From the IMG/VR virus record IMGVR_UViG_3300043470_002422: a DNA stretch of 64,000 nt; one strand, 5' to 3'. Below the pieces are notes generated by a model. That model saw only the letters and a program-made list of their open reading frames with translations. It ran no database searches and had not been told where the DNA came from. The stretch's first letter is position 1; each line of letters starts with the position of its first letter. A program made the translations under genes and the position numbers. Source of the DNA: a virus. Its lineage: Duplodnaviria; Heunggongvirae; Uroviricota; Caudoviricetes. This document shows, one piece after another, positions 1 through 9,210 of this stretch.

Positions 1-870
1 TCCTTCGGCGACAAAGCTCGTCAGCAACTAATCAATCGTCTTAAGATTGCCAAAGCTGCAAGAGGAACCACTACAGTTTCCTTGGTAGTTTCTCCAGAGA
101 CAAAAACGATTCTCGGGGTTCATAAGTCTGCCAAAGATTTAATTTCAAACGATGCGTTCATCAAATCTGCTTCACAGATTATCGACCGCTACGACCTTCA
201 AGTAAATAACTTCTCGGTTTCTCAAGAAGGTGCCTTGGTCATCAACACTTCGTCACCCAAGAACAACTGGGACATTGCAGGTCTAAAAGACGAGCAATTC
301 TTCGGAGGAGTTTCCTTCGGCAACGACTCCAAAAACGGTTACCAAGTTTCTCCTTACCTTGAGAGGTTGGTCTGCGCAAATGGAATGATTGGCAGAGCAT
401 TTGAGGAAACCATGAAGCTTGAGTCATTCTCAGCCATGGCAATGGAAGCTTTCTTCAACGAAATGGAACAGTTAGCCAAGAGGGGGTTCAAACCTTCAAT
501 GTTTGACGAGAAGGTAAAACGAGCAATCGACACCAGAGCTTCTCTTTTCGAAATGGAAACCATTCACTCAGCAATGAGAGACCTTTCAAAAACAGAATAT
601 AAAGAGTTGGAGGCTTGGGTTCCTCTAGAGTCAACCAGAGCTAAATACCACTTGGCAGGAATTGACACGGTGACAATGTCTAAGGAGCAAAAGAAAAACG
701 CCAAAACTGGAACTTCAGTTTGGGATTTGCTAAACGGGCTAACCCACTTCTCAACTCACGACAACGGCTTTGCCATCAGCGACAACGACCGTAGAAGACT
801 TCAGGTTCAAGCCGGAGGACTTTTGGTAAAAGAATTCGACATGTCCAACTTGGTGACTTCACCATTCTAA
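1..870 (+). CDS. hypothetical protein, 5' partial (reading frame is open to the window start)
   Basis: Frame 1 has no stop from position 1 and ends at TAA 870. No recognisable motif. Confidence 0.5.
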   Translation, partial: SFGDKARQQLINRLKIAKAARGTTTVSLVVSPETKTILGVHKSAKDLISNDAFIKSASQIIDRYDLQVNNFSVSQEGALVINTSSPKNNWDIAGLKDEQFFGGVSFGNDSKNGYQVSPYLERLVCANGMIGRAFEETMKLESFSAMAMEAFFNEMEQLAKRGFKPSMFDEKVKRAIDTRASLFEMETIHSAMRDLSKTEYKELEAWVPLESTRAKYHLAGIDTVTMSKEQKKNAKTGTSVWDLLNGLTHFSTHDNGFAISDNDRRRLQVQAGGLLVKEFDMSNLVTSPF

Positions 871-924
871 ACCTTATAACTTGAAAACCGGGAGGGAGTC
901 TTAGGGCTTCCTCCCTTTTCAGTT

Positions 925-940
925 GAACGTATATTCTAAT
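925..940 (+). promoter_or_regulatory. Class A upstream motif (gAACGTATATTCTAAT) 3 nt before the ATG
   Basis: One of at least 23 near-identical copies of GACCGTATATTCTAAT, each directly upstream of a start codon. Confidence 0.6.
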
Positions 941-943
941 AAT

Positions 944-1282
944 ATGATTAAAAAATTAATACAAACCCTAAAGAGCTACAGCTTCTTTGACTACTTGCTC
1001 TTCCTCTTGGTCTTCTCAGGTCTAATTTTATCCTACTCGGCATTCCGTGAAGGCGACATCGGCAGGGGATTTGATAAGTTGACCATCGCCATCCTATTTG
1101 CGAACATGTTCTTAGCCGGCAGAATGCAAGGACAATCACAATCTCTAATTGAGGATTACCGAACCTTATCCGATTTGAAGTCCGAAATCATCGACGACCA
1201 GGAAAAAGAAATTGAAGCCTTACAGCAAGAGAACGCAAAACTAAAATCAAAACCCTCATTCACCGAAGGTTTGGAGGACTAA
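944..1282 (+). CDS. hypothetical membrane-anchored coiled-coil protein
   Basis: ATG at 944 follows the class A motif, so the TTG at 923 in the ORF track is probably not the real start. N-terminal hydrophobic helix and a C-terminal heptad-like, E/K-rich segment. Confidence 0.55.
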   Translation: MIKKLIQTLKSYSFFDYLLFLLVFSGLILSYSAFREGDIGRGFDKLTIAILFANMFLAGRMQGQSQSLIEDYRTLSDLKSEIIDDQEKEIEALQQENAKLKSKPSFTEGLED

Positions 1283-1339
1283 AAAAATTAAACTAAAACT
1301 ACGACTAAAGGGGAACTCAAAAGGTTCCTCTTTTGCTGC

Positions 1340-1355
1340 GACCGTATATTCTAAT
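1340..1355 (+). promoter_or_regulatory. Class A motif GACCGTATATTCTAAT immediately 5' of ATG 1356
   Basis: Exact consensus copy. Confidence 0.6.
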
Positions 1356-1748
1356 ATGACAGACCAGGAAATTTTCGACCTAGCCAAAGACCTAGATACT
1401 ATTGGCCACCAACAGAAGGAAATCATCAGGTTTATCTTCTTAGAAAAAAGACAATCTCAAGATGATTGGTTAGATTTTATGCGCCACTTCTCAGGTAAGA
1501 GGTTAATCTCTTTGAGCCACAAATCTGTCTACTCCTCCTTTGCACATTGGTCTCCTGAAGACGAAACCGGATGGGCAGAGAGATACTATAAGGGCAGAAC
1601 TTTAGAAGGACCTTGGGCAGCAGTACTAGAGGAAATCCAAACCATCAAAGACACCTTTCCCCATCTAAAATTTATCATCAGAGAAACGGACGAACATATT
1701 TCTTATCATCGAATAGACGATATTCGTTGTCAAATTTGGACTTTGTAA
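1356..1748 (+). CDS. hypothetical protein
   Basis: ORF immediately preceded by the class A motif. Confidence 0.55.
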   Translation: MTDQEIFDLAKDLDTIGHQQKEIIRFIFLEKRQSQDDWLDFMRHFSGKRLISLSHKSVYSSFAHWSPEDETGWAERYYKGRTLEGPWAAVLEEIQTIKDTFPHLKFIIRETDEHISYHRIDDIRCQIWTL

Positions 1749-1781
1749 CTAACACGACCGTATATTCTATCACACAACACC

Positions 1782-2027
1782 ATGAAAAAAATCTTAGTCA
1801 TCGCAATCACAGCAATCGCATTCCTAACATCTTGCACAGACAACGCCAGAGCCCGCAAGTTTGGAGGAACAGAAACCATTGAAATCCCAGCAGGAAGAAT
1901 CCTAGTCAACTGCACCTGGAAAGAATCGGACCTTTGGATTTTAACCAAAGACACAGCTACCGGCGAAATGTTCTTCAATGAGAAGTCTAGCTTTGGTTTA
2001 ATGGAAGGGGAAATCAACTTCAAGTAA
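1782..2027 (+). CDS. small putative lipoprotein
   Basis: Class A motif at 1756-1770. N-terminus MKKILVIAITAIAFLTSC has a signal peptide and a lipobox-like LTSC. Confidence 0.55.
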   Translation: MKKILVIAITAIAFLTSCTDNARARKFGGTETIEIPAGRILVNCTWKESDLWILTKDTATGEMFFNEKSSFGLMEGEINFK

Positions 2028-2060
2028 GACCGTATATTCCCATACATAACAACCAACCAC

Positions 2061-2381
2061 ATGAGAAAATTACTTATCGCATTCCGCCTTTTCAATTCCA
2101 CCTACGGACCACAAGGCAATCCAAAATCTTTATTCGTTAATCTAAAAGAGGACAACACCCTAGGCTACACCTTCATCGGAGGATGGCAGAACTCAGGAAC
2201 TGGCTTTGCCATTTCAAATCTCCAACTGAAGGAGTCCCTACCACTGGGAGCCAGAAACTTTAAAACCGTCGAAGCTCTCCAGAAGAAAATCGCGGCAATT
2301 CTAGCCACAGGCTGCGGCTCAAACGAAATCAAGACTTTCGAAATTCTAAACGACCTTAACACCATATCTTCAACCAAATAA
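2061..2381 (+). CDS. hypothetical protein
   Basis: Class A motif variant at 2028-2040. Confidence 0.5.
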   Translation: MRKLLIAFRLFNSTYGPQGNPKSLFVNLKEDNTLGYTFIGGWQNSGTGFAISNLQLKESLPLGARNFKTVEALQKKIAAILATGCGSNEIKTFEILNDLNTISSTK

Positions 2382-2389
2382 CAACCACA

Positions 2390-2551
2390 ATGAACAAACC
2401 AACAATGAACAAAGCCCAGCTCCAAGCCAGAATCGTAGAAGGAGCAAGAGAGATGATGAAAGACATGAAAAGACAAGGCCAAAGCCTAACCTTCATGGAA
2501 TGCAAAATGGAAATGGCAAAAGTTTTAAAGGAGAACTTCATCATCATCTAA
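2390..2551 (+). CDS. small hypothetical protein (53 aa)
   Basis: ATG-to-TAA ORF filling the gap between neighbouring genes, below the ORF-track size cutoff. MNKPTMNKAQLQARIVEGAREMMKDMKRQGQSLTFMECKMEMAKVLKENFIII. Confidence 0.3.
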   Translation: MNKPTMNKAQLQARIVEGAREMMKDMKRQGQSLTFMECKMEMAKVLKENFIII

Positions 2552-2552
2552 T

Positions 2553-2717
2553 ATGTCTTTATCACTAATCATCTGGTACATCTTCTGCTTCTTCTACGGA
2601 AACAGAGTTGCGGACTACTTCCTCTCAGACAAACCTAAGAACAAACCAAGAACCATTCTCTTTCTTGTTCTGACCGGAGTCTTCTTCGGAGGGCTAATCT
2701 CACTGTTCTTAAATTAG
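2553..2717 (+). CDS. small two-TM membrane protein (54 aa)
   Basis: ATG 2553 to TAG 2717. Hydrophobic segments IIWYIFCFFY and ILFLVLTGVFFGGLISLF. The TAG stop abuts the class A motif at 2717-2732 and is in frame with the next gene. Confidence 0.35.
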   Translation: MSLSLIIWYIFCFFYGNRVADYFLSDKPKNKPRTILFLVLTGVFFGGLISLFLN

Positions 2718-2732
2718 ACCGTATCTTCTAAC

Positions 2733-3173
2733 ATGAACAGCAACACACCACAAATCATCAACACGGAGAAAATCTACGAAGTGGATTTCATCCAAGGCAG
2801 AAAGGGTCTCTACAGAGCAGTAATAAAAGTCCAAGCAGGCTTCATGACAGTAGTGGACGACATCGGAATCGAGAACAACTGGGGAAGACAAGATTGGAAC
2901 AAAGCCATTGATGTCTTCAGAAACTTCAAGAAGGGAGCTCTCCAAACCATCCAGTTCAAAGCAGAAGGTTCTACCCACTGGACTACCGTCTTCGCCAAAA
3001 AAGGCACCAAGATAGTTCTAATGGACACCCAACTCTTCTTAGACATGGAAGTTGGAGACATCAACCAGAACTGGACCAACACCAACCTCTATAGCCAGAA
3101 GAACTACCAAGCAGCAGGAGCTAAGACTTGGGCAGACAAAGCATTCGTCCTTAACCACCCTAAAGCAGCCTAA
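2733..3173 (+). CDS. hypothetical protein
   Basis: Class A variant GACCGTATCTTCTAAC directly upstream. Confidence 0.55.
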   Translation: MNSNTPQIINTEKIYEVDFIQGRKGLYRAVIKVQAGFMTVVDDIGIENNWGRQDWNKAIDVFRNFKKGALQTIQFKAEGSTHWTTVFAKKGTKIVLMDTQLFLDMEVGDINQNWTNTNLYSQKNYQAAGAKTWADKAFVLNHPKAA

Positions 3174-3175
3174 CC

Positions 3176-3388
3176 ATGATAGAACTTCTAGGCTACCTAG
3201 CAATGACCCTCACAATGCTCTCCTTTGCCTTCTCAGACATGAGAACGCTTAGGGGAGTAAATGTATTGGCTTGTTTACTCTGGATTGTCTACGGGCTTCT
3301 TATGAAGTCAAACCCAATCATCTTCACAAACGTGGCGATAGCTTCGGTTCACATCATCTGGTTCATTAGAAACCGCCGCAAATCATAA
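3176..3388 (+). CDS. small three-TM membrane protein
   Basis: 70 aa with three hydrophobic helices. No assignable family. Confidence 0.45.
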   Translation: MIELLGYLAMTLTMLSFAFSDMRTLRGVNVLACLLWIVYGLLMKSNPIIFTNVAIASVHIIWFIRNRRKS

Positions 3389-3418
3389 CCGTATCTTCTA
3401 ACACAACAACACAGCCAA

Positions 3419-3754
3419 ATGATATTCTCAAACACTCAAATCAAAACAAAGACCATCCTAGTTCGCTTCTACTTCTACTCAGACACAGAAAGAGGTTACG
3501 GAGATGCAGGAACAGCCAAATACTTTAAAATGAAACTTGAAGACTTCTCCATGGTGGAGAACTCCAACTACTCAAGAGGCAAGTACTACACTTACAGACT
3601 CACCGATGAAGCCCACGAGAAAATCCAGAAAGTCTTAGGCAAAAGCTGGGGATATGGAATTGGCTATGAAATGAGAACCGGAAAAGAAAGACAGCTGGAG
3701 ATAATTAAGTTGAGAGCTAAATTGGAAGCTGCAGAAGTAGTAGAAGAAATCTAA
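3419..3754 (+). CDS. hypothetical protein
   Basis: Class A variant at 3387-3402. Confidence 0.5.
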   Translation: MIFSNTQIKTKTILVRFYFYSDTERGYGDAGTAKYFKMKLEDFSMVENSNYSRGKYYTYRLTDEAHEKIQKVLGKSWGYGIGYEMRTGKERQLEIIKLRAKLEAAEVVEEI

Positions 3755-3768
3755 CCGTATATTCTAAT

Positions 3769-3933
3769 ATGAACGAAAAAGAATTTTCCGCCCAAGACAT
3801 GATTGATTTCGCTAGATGGTTTGCAGAAGACGTTGACCAAAAAGAACTTGAAGCTTTCCGAGAAGAGCAGAAGAGAAAAGAAGGAGCTGAGTACCAGAGA
3901 TATTTGGAGTTAAAAGCTAAGTACGAAAAGTAA
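3769..3933 (+). CDS. small hypothetical protein (54 aa)
   Basis: Not in the ORF track because it is under 60 aa. The consensus class A motif at 3753-3768 is immediately followed by ATG 3769, and the ORF ends at TAA 3933. Confidence 0.5.
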   Translation: MNEKEFSAQDMIDFARWFAEDVDQKELEAFREEQKRKEGAEYQRYLELKAKYEK

Positions 3934-3941
3934 ATTCCAGT

Positions 3942-4217
3942 ATGACAACAACACACAAACTCAGAAAGGGAAAATACACCCTCCACAACTACTTCAGAGG
4001 ACAATCAGTTCCTCTACCAATCGAAATCGAATCAGTCACCAAAGGGGGAATCGAATACTCTTCAGACTACAACCTAGTAAACAAAGCAGACCAAAATCCG
4101 GTCTTCAAAGGAACTCCACAGGAGGAACTAGGCTATGACCCATTCTCTTCCGACTTCACCATGGACGAGATAGAGAAGATAGAAGGCAGAAACATTTACC
4201 TAAAGACAAGAGTTTAA
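3942..4217 (+). CDS. hypothetical protein
   Basis: ORF only. Confidence 0.45.
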   Translation: MTTTHKLRKGKYTLHNYFRGQSVPLPIEIESVTKGGIEYSSDYNLVNKADQNPVFKGTPQEELGYDPFSSDFTMDEIEKIEGRNIYLKTRV

Positions 4218-4218
4218 C

Positions 4219-4452
4219 ATGAGCAATAAAAAGCAAACCGCAGTAGACTTCCTGGTCGAACAGCTGCTAAAGAAAAGTGATATCCAGTACATCAATGGTT
4301 TTGAAGCTTTAGTCGAACAAGCCAAAGCAATGGAGGAAAATCAGCACCAAATAACTTTTGATATGGGCTACGAAGAGCATATTGTTGAAACCTGGGGAGA
4401 AGAAGACCCTAAAGGATTTAAAGACTATTTTACCGAGACCTATAAGAGCTAA
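4219..4452 (+). CDS. hypothetical protein
   Basis: ORF only, tightly packed after the previous stop. Confidence 0.45.
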   Translation: MSNKKQTAVDFLVEQLLKKSDIQYINGFEALVEQAKAMEENQHQITFDMGYEEHIVETWGEEDPKGFKDYFTETYKS

Positions 4453-4467
4453 CCCGTATATTCTAAT

Positions 4468-4785
4468 ATGAACAAAGAATTTGTCCCTTACGAAGAAGCA
4501 TTAGCCTTAAAAGAATTAGGGTTTGATGAACCTTGTTTTGGTTATTATGAACCTAATAAAGAGTTTGAGTACATAAATTGGGAAACATTCAAAGATTTTC
4601 CATATCTTGCAAAAAATAGTGAATGGCAAGATTTATGTGGAGCACCACTCTACCAACAAGCATTCAGATGGTTATACCAAAAATTAGATATTGAAAAGGG
4701 GGTAATGCCTTTAGATATTGAAGCTCAACAAATGTTACTAAAAGAATTAATACTAAAAGAATTAATTCAAACTCTAAAGAAGTAA
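4468..4785 (+). CDS. hypothetical protein
   Basis: Class A motif at 4451-4467. Confidence 0.55.
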   Translation: MNKEFVPYEEALALKELGFDEPCFGYYEPNKEFEYINWETFKDFPYLAKNSEWQDLCGAPLYQQAFRWLYQKLDIEKGVMPLDIEAQQMLLKELILKELIQTLKK

Positions 4786-4811
4786 CTTCATAATCGACCG
4801 TATATTCTAAT

Positions 4812-5126
4812 ATGAACAACCAAACACCAACTCAAGACACTTACATGGGAAGATCAGTTACCAAGAGAGTAACCATCCCAGCCCAGGAAGGCGACTTCCA
4901 AACCTACCGCATGGCGGAGGACATCCTCGAAGGCCAAGGTCATCGCATCGGCAGCATGTGTTCACCTGAGCCAACCGGCTTTGCTCCAGCAGAGGAGTTC
5001 GAGTACATCGCAAAGATGAGAAACATCTCTCCATCTGAGAGACAACTACTTCACGGGGTCATAGCCAGAAAAGGCGGGGACTTCAGAAACGGCGACCTTG
5101 AAATTATTTACTTCCAAACCAAATAA
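4812..5126 (+). CDS. hypothetical protein
   Basis: Class A motif at 4796-4811. Confidence 0.55.
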   Translation: MNNQTPTQDTYMGRSVTKRVTIPAQEGDFQTYRMAEDILEGQGHRIGSMCSPEPTGFAPAEEFEYIAKMRNISPSERQLLHGVIARKGGDFRNGDLEIIYFQTK

Positions 5127-5135
5127 TTTAAGACC

Positions 5136-5393
5136 ATGAGCAACTCAATTTTAAAAGTCATCTTAGGGGTAACCATCTTCTTCTTCATCTTAGTCGTCTT
5201 CACAGCCTGCGAAAAGCAAGCTCAATCCTCAACCATCAAAGGCCACAACATCGAAGTCGAATTCCTCTTCGAGCAAGACTCAGTCAAGGTCTACAGATTC
5301 TATGATGGTTCATACCACTACTTCACCACCAGAGGCGAGACCATGAGCACAAAGACTACAGGCAAAACCTCCCACCAGGAGAACATCAAATAA
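5136..5393 (+). CDS. small putative lipoprotein / membrane protein
   Basis: N-terminal signal or TM segment ending in FTAC (lipobox-like). Confidence 0.45.
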   Translation: MSNSILKVILGVTIFFFILVVFTACEKQAQSSTIKGHNIEVEFLFEQDSVKVYRFYDGSYHYFTTRGETMSTKTTGKTSHQENIK

Positions 5394-5394
5394 A

Positions 5395-5680
5395 GACATT
5401 GTGTGTGTTGTTAAACTTAGGTCCCTCCGGGGACCTTTGTTGTGGAGTAGGGGCTAGTAAAAGGACCCCTCCAGGGTCTGTGTGTAATAGAGAGGGCCCT
5501 CCAGGGAGTGGAGGGGGACCTAATTAGGGGTCCTATTAGGGGGTTAAGGGCCCCTTATATAAGGGGTACCTTGGAGGGGGTCCTGTAACGCTGAGGGGAC
5601 CCCTACAGGGGAGATTCAAGGGGGGGCCTCACGTAGGGGGTCTGTTGGTGGCAGGTCCAGACGCTCAGCGAAGTCCAATT
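5395..5680. repeat. GC-rich G-tract and palindrome island inside an AT-rich genome
   Basis: More than 15 runs of GGGG or longer. Inverted repeats of the AGGTCCC...GGGACCT type and a perfect 16-bp palindrome CCCCTTATATAAGGGG centred on the class B core. Confidence 0.6.
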
Positions 5681-5773
5681 GGATTTCCAGGTAGTCCACT
5701 TGGGATTCTTCATAGCTTTCCTAGTCTTTCCTGGTCTTTCCTGGTTCTCCACCCTAATCTCCTTCCACAGTAG

Positions 5774-5784
5774 AATATATAGGC
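5774..5784 (+). promoter_or_regulatory. Class B motif (GAATATATAGG) 2 nt before ATG 5787
   Basis: Same GGATATATAAG-type element as upstream of the other MKH-leader genes. Confidence 0.5.
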
Positions 5785-5786
5785 AC

Positions 5787-6587
5787 ATGAAGCACATCCT
5801 AGCCTTTCCCCTATTTGAATCCGTGTCCTTGACTCCAGACCAGAAAGTCTTTCTGGAAATGTGTATGGAGAACACCAATCTCAATTCCAAGTTTGTCCAA
5901 GACCCTGCAACAGGCAAGGTGACAACTCTGGGCAAATTCGATGCCCAGTACTATTACGAATCAAGACCAAACTCCGATAAGCAGAAGATCAGGGATCTGT
6001 TTAACTCCATTCCCTTTGGAGTAGCAGAAGGGAACTTCTCAGTCAGAGGGATGTACTTGGACGCTATGGTCAATTTCCCATCTTCAGTAGAAGGAACTTT
6101 GTCCCTCAGCAGGAACTCCCTGCTAACCTTGGAGGGAATACCTAAGATGATCTATAAGGATTTGAGTCTTGAAGACAATCACCTCATCTCTCTAGAAGGC
6201 ATGGAAGAGACAGAAGTTAGAGGAACCATCTGGTTTGCAGACAACTGGATCAGAGGTCTCTGGTTGAGAGAAGATCTGACCAGAGCCAAAGCCATTGGCA
6301 CTTGGGTTCCAATCTATCTGGACATCCTCTCAGGAGAGACCTCGTTCAGTGGGATTCCAAATCCCAACGAGCAGGAAGAGGCAAAGGCATTCATCATGGA
6401 GAAGAAGACGACAAAGGCTCAGATGGAAGAAGCCATCAGGGTGGCACCAGCAGAGATGACTGTGGCTCTCAGCAGAAAGCGGACTATGCCTCAGGAGATG
6501 CAAGATCTACTTCCGACACTGAATGTTCCTGAAGGATTCTGGGATGCTCCTGATCTCATGGGGGATCTGGAGGGAGTAGGACTGTAG
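5787..6587 (+). CDS. CTS-like-leader family protein with LRR-like 22-aa repeats and a C-terminal DLEGVGL
   Basis: Real start is ATG 5787 (MKHILAFPLFES); the ORF-track start at 5679 is an alternative upstream start. Internal repeats of the form N-x-L-x-x-L-E-G-x-P. Ends GDLEGVGL. Confidence 0.6.
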   Translation: MKHILAFPLFESVSLTPDQKVFLEMCMENTNLNSKFVQDPATGKVTTLGKFDAQYYYESRPNSDKQKIRDLFNSIPFGVAEGNFSVRGMYLDAMVNFPSSVEGTLSLSRNSLLTLEGIPKMIYKDLSLEDNHLISLEGMEETEVRGTIWFADNWIRGLWLREDLTRAKAIGTWVPIYLDILSGETSFSGIPNPNEQEEAKAFIMEKKTTKAQMEEAIRVAPAEMTVALSRKRTMPQEMQDLLPTLNVPEGFWDAPDLMGDLEGVGL

Positions 6588-6605
6588 ATGTTTCCGTACC
6601 AGTGA

Positions 6606-6618
6606 GGGATATATAAAC
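6606..6618 (+). promoter_or_regulatory. Class B motif GGGATATATAAAC
   Basis: Upstream of the ferritin-like gene. Confidence 0.5.
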
Positions 6619-6634
6619 CAAAATTTAACACCCA

Positions 6635-7246
6635 ATGGCAACACTAAAAGAATTCTTAACTATGAGAGAGAACATGGAAATCCAAGCAATTGAGGTTCCT
6701 GGTCTTGAACTGCCTGCTCAGACTTCCGAGCCTGTAGTAGTAGGATCAGGAGTGCCTAAACCAAAGACTCTGTCATCAGAGATCATCTCGGCTTTAGAAG
6801 CAAGACTCAAAGATGAATACACAGCTCACTACACATACCGTAACGCAGCCAACTGGTGCAAGAACATGAACTATAAGGCAGCAGCAGCCTACTTCGAAGG
6901 CGAAGCAGCAGAGGAGTTAGAACACGCAGCTGGACTTCAGGATTACATGACCCAGTGGAACTGTTTACCACAGATCCCACCTGTAACTGTGCCTAACGAG
7001 TTTACCTCTCTTGTGCATATCATAGGACATGCCTACACTATCGAGTATGATCTGCTTCAGAAGTACTCTGCACTTCAAAGGGCCTTTGATGCTGCTCATC
7101 CTGCTACATTCAATTTCATTCAGAAGTATGTAGACATTCAGAATGAGTCTGTTGCTAGCTACTCTGATCTCCTAAATGCTCTTGAGCTCATTAACATTGA
7201 TTCCAAGCTAGACATTCTAATCTTCGAAGGAAGATATTTCGGATAA
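6635..7246 (+). CDS. ferritin-like protein with an N-terminal extension
   Basis: Di-iron ferritin signature spacing EYTAHYTY...AAEELEHAAGLQDY...TIEYDL...IQNESV. Confidence 0.6.
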   Translation: MATLKEFLTMRENMEIQAIEVPGLELPAQTSEPVVVGSGVPKPKTLSSEIISALEARLKDEYTAHYTYRNAANWCKNMNYKAAAAYFEGEAAEELEHAAGLQDYMTQWNCLPQIPPVTVPNEFTSLVHIIGHAYTIEYDLLQKYSALQRAFDAAHPATFNFIQKYVDIQNESVASYSDLLNALELINIDSKLDILIFEGRYFG

Positions 7247-7268
7247 TCTTATAACACAAACACAACAC

Positions 7269-7300
7269 GAAGGTGTCTCTACTAGGGGCACCTTCTTTGT
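7269..7300 (+). terminator. Hairpin (GAAGGTG ... CACCTTC) followed by a T-rich tract
   Basis: 7-bp stem with a 13-nt loop, then TTTGTGTGT. Confidence 0.35.
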
Positions 7301-7458
7301 GTGTCCTAGTCTTATATGTAGAATGGATTGGGGTGCCGCCGGGAGGGGATGTAAACCCAAAATTTGGGCCTGAGCTTGGGAGGCCCTAGGGGGATCGGGA
7401 GCAAAACTCAGGGGCAGGGCCCAGCGCGCTTTAAAGCACATGATTGACATTGCCTGCA

Positions 7459-7470
7459 GGGATATATAAG
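7459..7470 (+). promoter_or_regulatory. Class B motif GGGATATATAAG 3 nt before ATG 7474
   Basis: Consensus copy. Confidence 0.55.
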
Positions 7471-7473
7471 CGA

Positions 7474-8301
7474 ATGAAGCACTTGCAGACATATAGCATC
7501 TTTGAATCCAAGACGGTACTGACTGAAGACCAGGAGACGTTCTTGTCTCTCTTCGTCGAACCTCTTGAGAATTCGAAGGGGATGCCTGGGACTTGGTCCG
7601 TCAACCCAAAAACCGGCTTGGTTGACGTCAATGGAAACTTTGAGTGCCCACAAAGGGGATTGAAGGACTTTAAGGGAATCTCCTTTGGCCATGTGAGTGG
7701 AGCCTTTGACTGCGATCGAAACGAACTTGTCAGCTTGAAGGGTGCACCTCAGTTGGTGAGAGATTTCTCCTGCGATCGAAATGACCTTGTCAGTCTCGAG
7801 GGAGCACCTCAGTTTGTCAGGGGAGGCTTCTACTGCAACACCAATAGGCTGAAGAACTTAAAAGGTGGCCCGGTAGAAGTGGGAGGGGATTTCTCCTGCG
7901 TTGGCAATGACCTCAAGACCTTGGAGGGAAGTCCAAGAACGGTGGGAGGGGATTTCTACTGCTATTCAAATTCAACTTCTCTTATCTCTTTAGCAGGGGC
8001 TCCAGAAACAATCGGTGGGACTTTTCACTGCGACTGGTTTGAACTTTCCAACTGGGGGGTTCCTGGCCTGCTGGAGACCATCAAGAAGGTCAACCCCAAA
8101 GCTCAGAAGATGATTTTGGACCTCCTGACTCCTGAGAAAATACAGCAGACGATTGACAGAGAGCCTGAGAAGATGGCTGTTGAATTAAAGGGGGTTTGGA
8201 AGACCCTGAAGGCGGATCCAAAATATGCAGGGCTAAAATTTCCAGAAGGAATCCAAGGGGATGCAGAGATGCTGTCAGACCTGGACGACGTTGGTCTTTA
8301 A
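7474..8301 (+). CDS. CTS-like-leader family protein with six LRR-like 22-aa repeats and a C-terminal DLDDVGL
   Basis: ATG 7474 (MKHLQTYSIFES). Repeats of the form C-D-R-N-x-L-V-S-L-x-G-A-P-Q-x-V. Ends LSDLDDVGL. Confidence 0.65.
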   Translation: MKHLQTYSIFESKTVLTEDQETFLSLFVEPLENSKGMPGTWSVNPKTGLVDVNGNFECPQRGLKDFKGISFGHVSGAFDCDRNELVSLKGAPQLVRDFSCDRNDLVSLEGAPQFVRGGFYCNTNRLKNLKGGPVEVGGDFSCVGNDLKTLEGSPRTVGGDFYCYSNSTSLISLAGAPETIGGTFHCDWFELSNWGVPGLLETIKKVNPKAQKMILDLLTPEKIQQTIDREPEKMAVELKGVWKTLKADPKYAGLKFPEGIQGDAEMLSDLDDVGL

Positions 8302-8312
8302 GGATATATAAG
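8301..8312 (+). promoter_or_regulatory. Class B motif AGGATATATAAG
   Basis: Immediately 5' of ATG 8315. Confidence 0.55.
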
Positions 8313-8314
8313 AC

Positions 8315-9199
8315 ATGAAGCACCTACAAACTTATCGTCGATTTGAATCTCAGCATGCCCTGAATGAAGGGGATGAATATCGCAAGATGAACATGGACTA
8401 CCTCTTGAACAAATTTACTCGAGTTCCAAACAACGGGAAGTTGTACAACCCTTCGGAGGAAGACTTTGCAGATCTGCCTTGGTATCAAGCCTTGAAGGGG
8501 GCATTTCCAGATTTCAAACTGGAGAGGGTCAGAAAGAAAGGGAATGGCTACTCTTGGTTCTTCCCTGGGCCAAAACCCAAACCTCAGGCTTTCTACGAGG
8601 TTTTCAGAGAAGGTGACAGAGACTCCCCCTCTGAAGAGCCGGCCAAGATTGTATTCAACAACGATTTAATGACTTCATCTCAGACGTTCACAATTTTACT
8701 CAACGATAAAGAGTCTTGGAATGAGCTCTTTAAGCTGCTCTATTTTGCCCAGTTTGAAGGAAAAATATCAGGACCTACTTGGAGGGGATTAAAACACATT
8801 ATGGAACTCTTCTCTTCGGATTTGGAGTCTTTTTACAAGACCGGAAATCTGGGAATAGTTGGAGTGAAAAAGGATTGCAACCCTTATGGAGGACACTACG
8901 AGTCCTCAGTTGATTTTCTGAAGAACCTTCCTTATGGCATCTTTGATGATCTGAAGGCTGGATTTGTCAAGAAGATGAAAGAAGATCCTGCGGAGATTCA
9001 GTATGCAATTTCTCAGTGTCAACTTCCGAAAGGAACAGCAGAGACCGTATTTGGCACAGCTAGACTCTACCCAGAAAATGAGGTGCTGAACTTCTACAAT
9101 CTGATGAAGCAAGAAGGTTATGTTCCACCGGCCGGATTTGACGAAGAAACTGGGGAAATTTCAGATATACACAAATCTCTAGGGGACATCGGTCTGTAG
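8315..9199 (+). CDS. CTS-like-leader family protein, C-terminal LGDIGL
   Basis: MKHLQTYRRFES leader. Ends SLGDIGL at a TAG stop. Confidence 0.6.
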   Translation: MKHLQTYRRFESQHALNEGDEYRKMNMDYLLNKFTRVPNNGKLYNPSEEDFADLPWYQALKGAFPDFKLERVRKKGNGYSWFFPGPKPKPQAFYEVFREGDRDSPSEEPAKIVFNNDLMTSSQTFTILLNDKESWNELFKLLYFAQFEGKISGPTWRGLKHIMELFSSDLESFYKTGNLGIVGVKKDCNPYGGHYESSVDFLKNLPYGIFDDLKAGFVKKMKEDPAEIQYAISQCQLPKGTAETVFGTARLYPENEVLNFYNLMKQEGYVPPAGFDEETGEISDIHKSLGDIGL

Positions 9200-9210
9200 C
9201 ATATAAGGAC

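Noticed and set aside
1613-1882. A + strand 89-aa ORF spanning the end of gene 1356-1748 and the start of gene 1782-2027.
   Set aside because: It crosses a class A promoter motif and overlaps two better-supported genes in other frames. Its composition is low-complexity (H/N/R-rich).
5395-5680. The GC-rich structured island as a possible tRNA, rRNA fragment or tmRNA.
   Set aside because: No acceptor or T-arm-like cloverleaf, no CCA context, and no conserved rRNA motifs. The signal is simple G-tracts and short palindromes.
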